Origin: a virus
Lineage: Duplodnaviria; Caudoviricetes
IMG/VR virus record: IMGVR_UViG_3300017658_000257
Span: 1-42,792 of that record
DNA: 42,792 nucleotides
Strand: one strand, 5' to 3'
The notes under the pieces were generated by a model. The model was given only the letters and a program-made list of their open reading frames with translations, made no database searches and was not told where the DNA came from. The translations under genes were made by a program, and so were the position numbers. The stretch's first letter is position 1. Each line of letters starts with the position of its first letter. Positions 34,761 through 41,890 of the stretch are shown here, one piece after another.

Positions 34761-35651
34761 ATGGATATCGCCACACAAGCCCGCTGCCTGACGAGCGACC
34801 GCGCGTCGCCGGGCAAATGCATCTTCGCCGCAGTCGGCCGCGAGACGCTCAGCGTCCGCGCCGGCGCGACCATCGGCGACGTCGCCTTCCGCGAGGATAC
34901 CCCGGTCGCCCTGCCCGCCCTGGTGGCCGGCTGCGATTACTACATCGGCCTCGACGGCGCGAACCTTGTGGCGATCGCGGCGGACGGCTTGCCCGGCAAC
35001 GGCATCGTCGGCGGCTTCCACTACGCACCCGGCGGCAACGCTCCGGCGCGCGCAGGCGGCGACGCCGTGCCGGCCATCAATCCCCTTTCCTGCTGGGGTG
35101 CGGGCTTCCGCCCTGCCTGTCCCGATCCGCGCGGGATGACCTTCGTCGACCATGACGGCCTGCTCTTCTGGTGCGACATCTACAAGCTCGGCATCGACCA
35201 TCTCGACCAGGGCACCAGCCGCCACGGCGTCGTCATCGCCGACGGCAGCGATCTGCCGCAGGCTGTTTCCGGCAAGGGCCGGACCAAAAAGCTTGATTAC
35301 GCCACGGCCGTCGAGATCTACGCGCATCACGGCAAGCGGCTGCTTTCATACGACGAGTTCCGCGTCGCCGCTTTCGGCGTCATGGAAAAGACCGCCGTTT
35401 CGCGCGATCCGGTCAGGACCGGACTGGACGCGGAACGGACTTCCCGTTTCGGCTTGATGCAGGCCACCGGCAATCTCTGGGACTGGGGCACCGACGGCGA
35501 TCCCGATCGCCCGCGTGCCTCCCTCTTCGGCGGCTGCTGGTGGCGCGGCGGCGACGCCGGTTCCCGCTGCGCGGGCCTGGGCGCCTGGGCCGTGTTCTCG
35601 TACGAGAGCTTCTCGGCGCGCGGGGCCTGCGACCACCTGAGCCCTGCATAG
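34761..35651 (+). CDS. DGR target protein 2, Mtd-like C-type lectin fold
   Basis: GGAG RBS; paralog of target 1 (GGFHYAPG, FRPACPDPRGM, HGKRL, ARGACDHL); carries VR2. Confidence 0.93.
   Translation: MDIATQARCLTSDRASPGKCIFAAVGRETLSVRAGATIGDVAFREDTPVALPALVAGCDYYIGLDGANLVAIAADGLPGNGIVGGFHYAPGGNAPARAGGDAVPAINPLSCWGAGFRPACPDPRGMTFVDHDGLLFWCDIYKLGIDHLDQGTSRHGVVIADGSDLPQAVSGKGRTKKLDYATAVEIYAHHGKRLLSYDEFRVAAFGVMEKTAVSRDPVRTGLDAERTSRFGLMQATGNLWDWGTDGDPDRPRASLFGGCWWRGGDAGSRCAGLGAWAVFSYESFSARGACDHLSPA
35510..35633 (+). repeat. DGR variable repeat VR2
   Basis: 124-bp ungapped match to TR 36072-36195 with 18 mismatches, all at TR adenines. Confidence 0.97.
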
Positions 35652-35670
35652 CCTGCGCGAAAGCGCAGGC
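35614..35670 (+). promoter_or_regulatory. G/C element, IMH and GAAA hairpin of target 2
   Basis: Identical to the target 1 cassette; hairpin at 35651-35670. Confidence 0.88.
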
Positions 35671-35686
35671 GTGACCGACGGCCGAC

Positions 35687-36058
35687 GTGACCATCATCCG
35701 CGACGAGAACAGCGCCAGCAAGGGTCTGGCGATCATCGACAGGTACGAAGAAACCGTGACCTATCTCTATCCGATCCTGCAACGCTGCCCGCGCGCGCAC
35801 CGCAACGTGCGCGACGCGATGATGGCGGTGCTGTTCGATCAGGTCGGCCTCTTCTACCAGGCGGCGAAGTCGCGTCAGCCTTCACGCCTTTACGCAGCCG
35901 ACGCCAACCTGGCGACGCTGCGTTTCTGGTTGCGCTTCGCGGTCAATCCCAGGCTCAGGATCATCACGCCGCATCAGCATCGCATTGCGCTCGGCCATCT
36001 GGCCGAGGTCGGCGCGATGCTTGGCCAATGGATCAAGACCGCGAGGGGCAACGGATGA
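35687..36058 (+). CDS. avd: DGR accessory variability determinant
   Basis: 123 aa; YLYPI, SRLYAADANLATLRFWLRF, TPHQ, AEVGAMLGQWI align with BPP-1 Avd motifs; GTG start uncertain. Confidence 0.93.
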   Translation: MTIIRDENSASKGLAIIDRYEETVTYLYPILQRCPRAHRNVRDAMMAVLFDQVGLFYQAAKSRQPSRLYAADANLATLRFWLRFAVNPRLRIITPHQHRIALGHLAEVGAMLGQWIKTARGNG

Positions 36059-36069
36059 TCGGGGAAACG

Positions 36070-36195
36070 ATCCCGCGTGCCTCCATCTTCGGCGGCAGCT
36101 GGTGGAACGGCGACAACGCCGGTTCCCGCTACGCGAACCTGGACAACTGGGCCGAGAACTCGAACGAGAACATCTCGGCGCGCGGGGCCTGCGAC
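36070..36195 (+). ncRNA. DGR template repeat (TR), followed by IMH* and a spacer to 36435
   Basis: Seven AAC codons in VR frame; between avd and RT; diverges from the VRs after TGCGAC (GATCCCTTACC versus CACCTGAGCCC); no GAAA hairpin. Confidence 0.96.
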
Positions 36196-36435
36196 GATCC
36201 CTTACCAGCTCGGCGTCGGTCACGGCCGCGCCGGCTCTCCGCTTGCTGCGCCGTGCCCTACGCGAGGCGCAGGGGTGGTCGGCCTGATCATCCGGCTTCG
36301 GCGAAGACACTTCAAGGTCCGGCAGAGCGGGGAGTAGCGGGCACCGCCCGTCGAAACCCGCGGTCGGCAAATGGCCGCGTCGCCGGTGAGCGATCCAGTG
36401 CGAAGCTCACGGACGTGGCTCGGAAGGAGGCCGGC

Positions 36436-37422
36436 ATGGGCAAGAAACACCGCAACTTGATCGACCGCATCACCGCCGATGCGAACATGATGGAGGCCTT
36501 TCGTCTCACTTCGCGCGGCAAGCGTCTGTCTCCCGCTAGGCTGGAGTTCAAGGAATTCTCCGCTCTCAACCTCGAACGCCTCGCCGCGGCGATGAGAGAC
36601 GGCAGTTATGTCCAGGGCGAGCCGGCGGAATTCACCATCTACGATCCGAAACTGCGCGTCATCTCGGCTCTCCCGTTCCGCGACCGCATCGTCCAGCACG
36701 CCGTGTTCCGGATCCTCGGGCCAATCTTCGACGCCGGCCTGCTGCCGCGGTGCTTTGCGTGCCGGCCGGGCTTCGGGACGCACAGGGCGGCAGTCACGCT
36801 TCAGGCCGATCTGAGGCGCCTGACCAAAGACGGCGCGCCGGTCTATGCGCTGAAGACCGATTTCTCCCGGTACTTCGCCTCGATCGACAGGGCGGTGCTG
36901 TGGCGGCTCGTCGAGGCGAAGGTTTCCTGCCGCGCCACGTTGCGCCTTATCGAGGCGATGCTGCCCCGCCAGGGCATCGGCCTGCAGATCGGCAGCCTGC
37001 TCAGCCAGATATTCGCCAACGTCTACGGCGGCATCCTCGACCGGCACCTGCAACAGGACCTCGGCGAGCGGTACTGGTATCGCTATATGGACGACCTGGT
37101 CGTTCTCGGCGGATCGAGCGCGCATCTGCGCGCCGTGAAGACCGACATCGAGGCGCTGTCGCGCGAGCGGCTCAGGCTCCGCTTTTCCAAATGGTCGATC
37201 CAGCCTGTCGGACGCGGCGTGAACTTCGTGGGCTACCGCATCTGGCCCACGCACAAGCTGCTGCGCCGTTCGAGCGTCACCCGTGCCCGCCGCAAGATCG
37301 CCCGCTATCGCGCTGCCGGCGACTTCGACCGGCTGGAAAGGTTCCTTGCCGCATGGACGGGCCACGCCCGATGGGCCGACACGCGCAACCTCCTCAAAAG
37401 CCTCGGAGTCGACAATGGCTGA
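36436..37422 (+). CDS. brt: DGR reverse transcriptase (328 aa)
   Basis: AAGGAGG RBS; MGKKHRNLI, FRDRIVQHA, LKTDFSRYFASI, IGSLLSQ (DGR SQ motif), YMDD, NFVGYRIWPTHKLLR. Confidence 0.96.
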   Translation: MGKKHRNLIDRITADANMMEAFRLTSRGKRLSPARLEFKEFSALNLERLAAAMRDGSYVQGEPAEFTIYDPKLRVISALPFRDRIVQHAVFRILGPIFDAGLLPRCFACRPGFGTHRAAVTLQADLRRLTKDGAPVYALKTDFSRYFASIDRAVLWRLVEAKVSCRATLRLIEAMLPRQGIGLQIGSLLSQIFANVYGGILDRHLQQDLGERYWYRYMDDLVVLGGSSAHLRAVKTDIEALSRERLRLRFSKWSIQPVGRGVNFVGYRIWPTHKLLRRSSVTRARRKIARYRAAGDFDRLERFLAAWTGHARWADTRNLLKSLGVDNG

Positions 37423-38101
37423 TCTCCCCATCCTGTTCTCTGCCAGCATGGTCCGCGCCATCCTGCGGGAGATCGAGAAGCCCGGCACCGGCAAGACGCA
37501 GACGCGGCGGGTGCTTGACGCGTGGTGCGACGAGCCGCCCGCATTCGTCGATGACGGCGTCATCACCGCCTATGATGAGAACGACAGTCCCTATCGGTGG
37601 CCAAACACGAAGGCCGTCGGCGACCGCCTCTATGTGCGCGAGGCGTGGCGGACGGAAAGCCGCGCCTATGACGATCTGTCGCCGTCCGCCATGGGCGGCG
37701 AGGAAACAATACTTTTCGAAGCTGACGCAGACTGGAAGCTGAACAAGTCTGTCGGCCGCCTTCGTCAGGGCATGCACATGCCGCGCTGGGCCAGCCGCAT
37801 CACTTTGACCGTGACCGACGTGCGCGTGCAGCGGTTGCAGGCGATCAACGATGCGGACGCCATCGCAGAAGGCCTGGAGCACGATATGGACGGCGACGTC
37901 GATGGCGTCGGCCGCCACATTGTCATCGAAAGCTGGCGCGCCGCAGATTTTCTGCCTTGGAACCGCGATCCGATCGAAGCCTACGCCGACCTGTGGGACC
38001 AGTTGAACAGTGCGCGCGGTTACGGCTGGGACGCGAACCCCTGGGTCGCCGCCTATACCTTCCGGCCGATCTTCGCCAACATCGATCAGGTGCAGCCATG
38101 A
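37415..38101 (+). CDS. Conserved phage early protein (ASCH/PUA-like)
   Basis: PILFSASMVRAIL, KTQTRR, GDRLYVREAW, HMPRWASRITL, WDANPWV. Confidence 0.8.
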   Translation: MADLPILFSASMVRAILREIEKPGTGKTQTRRVLDAWCDEPPAFVDDGVITAYDENDSPYRWPNTKAVGDRLYVREAWRTESRAYDDLSPSAMGGEETILFEADADWKLNKSVGRLRQGMHMPRWASRITLTVTDVRVQRLQAINDADAIAEGLEHDMDGDVDGVGRHIVIESWRAADFLPWNRDPIEAYADLWDQLNSARGYGWDANPWVAAYTFRPIFANIDQVQP

Positions 38102-38340
38102 TCAAGGGAAAAGGCGACCTCAAGCCCACCGCCGAAATGATCGAGGCCAAGGCCATCATCCTGTTCTATCAGGACGAGCTCCAGAACCTCGAATGGATCG
38201 CCGCAAACGACGCCAAGGGCAACACCCGGATCGGCGACGAGGTAGGCCGCGAACTGGACAGGTGGGAAAAGCATCCCGACCACGTGCAGGAGCGCTTCCG
38301 CAAGCGCGCCCGTCAGGCGCTGGGGGCGGCCGATGGCTGA
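38098..38340 (+). CDS. Hypothetical protein
   Basis: ATGA-coupled; MIKGKGDLKPTAEMIEAKAII. Confidence 0.6.
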   Translation: MIKGKGDLKPTAEMIEAKAIILFYQDELQNLEWIAANDAKGNTRIGDEVGRELDRWEKHPDHVQERFRKRARQALGAADG

Positions 38341-38572
38341 ATTCTCAAAGATGTCCGGCGCACTGCCGGCGAAGCTCTGCAACGACATTTCGAACGCCAT
38401 CCATGCCGCGATCGAGAAAGGCATGGAGATGGACGAAGCCTGCTGCGCTGCCATCGCGGTGATCGCCGACTACGCCCGCGGCGAGTACGGGCCGGACTAT
38501 CTCGCCGACCTGTCAGACGTCCTTATCGCCCGCGCCCTTGCCCCTATGCCGAAGGATGTCAGCCATGGCTGA
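38333..38572 (+). CDS. Hypothetical protein
   Basis: Overlapping coupled ORF. Confidence 0.6.
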   Translation: MAEFSKMSGALPAKLCNDISNAIHAAIEKGMEMDEACCAAIAVIADYARGEYGPDYLADLSDVLIARALAPMPKDVSHG

Positions 38573-39644
38573 CAACACCGCCATCGAATGGACGGACGCC
38601 ACGTGGAATCCGATCGGAGGCTGTTCGATCACTTCACCGGGCTGCGCCCCCTGCTATGCCCAGCAACTCGCCGGCACTCGCCTGAAGCACCATCCGCTCT
38701 ATGCCGGCACCACGACTACGGTGAAGGGAAAGCCGGTCTTCAACGGCCGTCTTACCGCCGCGCCGGTCGATCATCCTGTCTGGAGCTTTCCCTTGTCGTG
38801 GCGCGGTGCGAAAAACCCCGTCATGGGGTCCAGAGCCCGATCGCTGATCTTCGTCGGCGATATGAGCGACCTGTTCCATGAGGATCGTTCGCTGGGCTAC
38901 GCCATGCGCGTCTTCGAGATCGGCATGCGGTCGCGCCACATTCTCCAGCTTCTCACCAAGCGGCCCGGCCGGATGCTGGAGTTCCTGAAACTCTGGCATG
39001 ATATCGGCGACGGTCCCGAGGAATGGGAACCGAAGCTGGCGCGCGGCCCCGAGGCTGTCAGAGCCTCTCACAACACCGGTCGGGCGCGACTGTTCGCCGA
39101 CATGCTCGACACTATGGGCGAACCGCCTCCAGGCTGCGCATACCCTCTCTATGACTGGGCGGGAGGAATGGCCGGCTGGTCCGGACCGTTCAACATCTGG
39201 TTCGGCTTTTCCGCCGAGCGGCAGCGTGAATTCGATGAGCGGTGGCCGGCGATGCGAGAGATCGCAGTAATGGGCCATACGATTTTCTGCTCTTATGAGC
39301 CCGCTATCGAGCCGCTGACGTTGCCGGAGGACTTTCTCGCCCTCGGTCGCAAGGCCTGGCTGATCGCGGGCGGCGTTTCCGGTCGATACGCCGACGCGCC
39401 GCCCCACCCGCGATGGTTCCGCGACGTCCGCGACCAGTGCGCCGGCGCCGGCATCCCCTTCTTCTTCAAGCAGTGGGGCGCTTTCCGTCCACTTACCAAA
39501 GCCGAGCATGGCCAGGCCTGCGGCGCTATCCGGGCCGGCAGCGATCCCTACGACCCGGAGGGGCTGATGCTGCCTTCCACCAAGAAAGTGGCGGGACGGC
39601 TTCTCGACGGCGTTGAACACAACGAATTTCCGAGGGGCGCGTGA
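38565..39644 (+). CDS. DUF5131 / phage Gp37Gp68 family protein
   Basis: IEWTDATWNP, GCSITSPGCAPCYA, MSDLFH, LLTKRP, FFFKQWG, AGRLLDG. Confidence 0.9.
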   Translation: MADNTAIEWTDATWNPIGGCSITSPGCAPCYAQQLAGTRLKHHPLYAGTTTTVKGKPVFNGRLTAAPVDHPVWSFPLSWRGAKNPVMGSRARSLIFVGDMSDLFHEDRSLGYAMRVFEIGMRSRHILQLLTKRPGRMLEFLKLWHDIGDGPEEWEPKLARGPEAVRASHNTGRARLFADMLDTMGEPPPGCAYPLYDWAGGMAGWSGPFNIWFGFSAERQREFDERWPAMREIAVMGHTIFCSYEPAIEPLTLPEDFLALGRKAWLIAGGVSGRYADAPPHPRWFRDVRDQCAGAGIPFFFKQWGAFRPLTKAEHGQACGAIRAGSDPYDPEGLMLPSTKKVAGRLLDGVEHNEFPRGA

Positions 39645-39961
39645 TGGACAGCCCCTTTGGCCGCTTCACTGATCGAGAGGTCTTGGACATGCTGCGCGAC
39701 GTCGGCCTGCCGGAGGAGCTGAGCGACGAGAACGTCTCAAGGATCGGTCTACGCAAGCTGCGCACGAACACGCAACGCGAAACCGTGCTGGCACTCTATG
39801 TCAAGCTCGGCAGCGTCGACGCAGTGTTCGACGAGCTCGGCGGCGAAGTTCCGAAATCCAGCATCCGCTCGATCCTCAGCCGTGCAACCGATGCCGGGCT
39901 GATCGCCCGTGATTGGGCGGTACGCCGCAGACGTCCTCGCTTCCGGAGGGTGCGGCCATGA
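39641..39961 (+). CDS. Hypothetical, possible HTH protein
   Basis: Coupled ORF. Confidence 0.55.
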   Translation: MMDSPFGRFTDREVLDMLRDVGLPEELSDENVSRIGLRKLRTNTQRETVLALYVKLGSVDAVFDELGGEVPKSSIRSILSRATDAGLIARDWAVRRRRPRFRRVRP

Positions 39962-40269
39962 CTTATGCTCAAATCCTGCGCCTCATCTGGATCGACATGT
40001 TCGTCGCGAACGGCGACACGCCGCTCCAGCGCGAGCACATCTGCGTGACGTTCGATATTTCCGTTCCGCAAGCCAGCTTGGACATCAAGAGGTTTATCAG
40101 CCTGTTCCCTGCTCGCCTCGCCTACGACAGGTCACGAAAGGGATACACGGCGGCAGAGAGAAGCGAGCCGGCATTCGATGGCGCATCGCATTCCGCTGTC
40201 GCGTTGGCGTGCTCTGCTGCGGCGAAACACGCGGCGAGGCTCGAACTTTTGTCGAGGTCAGCGGCATGA
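39958..40269 (+). CDS. Stand-alone CapW/BrxR-type winged HTH
   Basis: RLIWID...LQREHICVTFDISVPQASLDIKRFISLFPARLAYDRSRKGY; no WYL domain. Confidence 0.65.
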   Translation: MTYAQILRLIWIDMFVANGDTPLQREHICVTFDISVPQASLDIKRFISLFPARLAYDRSRKGYTAAERSEPAFDGASHSAVALACSAAAKHAARLELLSRSAA

Positions 40270-40697
40270 GTAGCAGCAATCCACCCGTCAACCGCTACCT
40301 CGCCGACAAGGCCATGGATCGCATCGACCACGCGCTCGGCCGGCCGATCTGGCCGCTGCGCGAGACCTATCGCAATCACTATGCCACCGATGCGACCGGC
40401 ACATTGGCGATCGACTTCGCCTACTCCGCGCATTGGGAGCAGATCGGCCAGTCGGGCACCATGGCGTTCTTCGCCGTGACCGAGCTCGGCAGAAAGGCGC
40501 TCGCTGCCTATCTTGAGACGCTGGACGCGAAGGAACGTTTCCGTCCCTACGTCGTCGCCTACGAGGGGCATGAACGCATCGTTCCCGCCAAAAGCGCCGG
40601 CAACGCTCGATACTCGGAATTCCTCACCGTCCGGGACTGCTTTTCCAAACTGACATTCGCAGAATTTATCAGAGCATCCAGTGTGAGGGCGGCATGA
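40266..40697 (+). CDS. Hypothetical phage protein
   Basis: ATGA-coupled; DHALGRP...YRNHY. Confidence 0.7.
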   Translation: MSSSNPPVNRYLADKAMDRIDHALGRPIWPLRETYRNHYATDATGTLAIDFAYSAHWEQIGQSGTMAFFAVTELGRKALAAYLETLDAKERFRPYVVAYEGHERIVPAKSAGNARYSEFLTVRDCFSKLTFAEFIRASSVRAA

Positions 40698-41044
40698 GCG
40701 TCTACGTCGACAACATGCGCGCCCGGTTCGGCCGTATGAAGATGTGCCACATGATCGCCGACAGCACCGATGAGCTGCTGGCAATGGCCGACAGGATCGA
40801 CGTCGACCGCAAGTGGCTTCAGAAGGCAGGCACACCACACGAGCATTTCGACATCGCGCTTTCCAAGCGGGCGTTGGCCGTGGCGGCCGGCGCCGTCGAA
40901 ATCTCAACGATGGACATCGGCCGTATCATCCGCGCCCGCCGGAAGGAGCCGCGGCGCTGCGAAACCAATCTCGTCGGCGCTGCCGGCGAATGCCTGGCTT
41001 GCGACGCGGACCAGGGCGAAGCGTGCCGGGGATCATCACAATGA
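40694..41044 (+). CDS. DUF4031-family protein
   Basis: MSVYVD...MCHMIADSTDEL...HFDI. Confidence 0.8.
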   Translation: MSVYVDNMRARFGRMKMCHMIADSTDELLAMADRIDVDRKWLQKAGTPHEHFDIALSKRALAVAAGAVEISTMDIGRIIRARRKEPRRCETNLVGAAGECLACDADQGEACRGSSQ

Positions 41045-41298
41045 CCGCGCCCGGCTACTGGATGAACGAGACCAGCGGAGTGCTTCGCCCGGCCGTACAG
41101 GCTTATCTCGCGGGCGCCGAGATGAGCGATGAACAGATCGCCGCCATGCGGGCGTATCTGCGCCAGTGGATCGAGAGCGGCCTCTGGTTTGGTCCGGCCG
41201 TTCCCGGCTTGCGGGCTACCGTCGACGATCTCATAAGCCGCGAAACGATCCGCATGTGGCTGCGCATCGCCGAGCGCGAAGGGATCGACCCGCTATGA
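41041..41298 (+). CDS. Hypothetical phage protein
   Basis: MTAPGYWMNETSGVLRPAV...GIDPL; ATGA-coupled. Confidence 0.7.
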   Translation: MTAPGYWMNETSGVLRPAVQAYLAGAEMSDEQIAAMRAYLRQWIESGLWFGPAVPGLRATVDDLISRETIRMWLRIAEREGIDPL

Positions 41299-41498
41299 TC
41301 GAGCGCCATTCCGGCCAGATGCAGATTGTCTGCGAATGCGGCACTTCCCAGCGGCGTATCTATCAGGTCGACGAGTTCGACGTGATGGTGTCCGACGCCC
41401 GCGCCGAGGGTTTCGTCATAACCAAGGTCGCCGGAGAGTGGCAGCATGCATGTCAAGACTGCGCGCGGCCAGGCCAGAAGCAGCGGAGGCTGTTGTGA
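41295..41498 (+). CDS. Small Zn-ribbon protein
   Basis: VCEC...HACQDC. Confidence 0.7.
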   Translation: MIERHSGQMQIVCECGTSQRRIYQVDEFDVMVSDARAEGFVITKVAGEWQHACQDCARPGQKQRRLL

Positions 41499-41890
41499 CA
41501 GCCGCCCCCAGCGCCATACTTGAAACTGGCAAGACACCTGAGGAATGGGTTGATGTCTTCGCCGCGCGCGGTATCCACCTGTCCGCCAGGACGATCCGGG
41601 CGGACGCCCGCCGGCTCGGCGCTTGCAAAATTCTCGGGAGGGTAATGATATTGCTGCCCGAACATATCGACCGTCTGTTTCAGGAACCTGAAAAGTGCCA
41701 CTCACACTCTACGAACGAGACGGATGGTGGTGGTTCAAAGGCCGCATCGACCGAATACCGTCCGGTAAATACTACCGACAAAGCCTTGGAATACCTGCGA
41801 CAGCGCCAGAAAGGGACGCCGAAGTCGCGCTCGCCGGGTTCGAAAGGAAGGAAATCAAACGTGATATCGTTGGGGAAGAGAAAGCCCTGA
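41495..41890 (+). CDS. Putative excisionase/recombination directionality factor
   Basis: GTG start by GTGA overlap; TPEEWV...LSARTIRADARRLGAC; overlaps the 5' end of int. Confidence 0.6.
   Translation: MTAAPSAILETGKTPEEWVDVFAARGIHLSARTIRADARRLGACKILGRVMILLPEHIDRLFQEPEKCHSHSTNETDGGGSKAASTEYRPVNTTDKALEYLRQRQKGTPKSRSPGSKGRKSNVISLGKRKP

Larger units (their letters stand above)
32914..37422 (+). mobile_element. Diversity-generating retroelement with two targets (target1 ... target2 - avd - TR - RT)
   Basis: All DGR components present; adenine-specific TR/VR mismatches; IMH and hairpins. Confidence 0.97.

Noticed and set aside
33658-36195. Three ~125-bp repeats as a CRISPR array or simple duplication
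   Set aside because: No repeat-spacer periodicity and no cas genes; the mismatches are strictly adenine-specific.
35671-37422. 583-aa ORF as a single RT protein
   Set aside because: Its first 128 codons are an alternative frame over avd. RT homology and a strong AAGGAGG RBS start at 36436.
36436-37422. RT as a group II intron, retron or Abi RT
   Set aside because: No maturase/endonuclease extension or retron VTG motif. The SQ motif, avd and TR/VR pairs identify it as a DGR RT.
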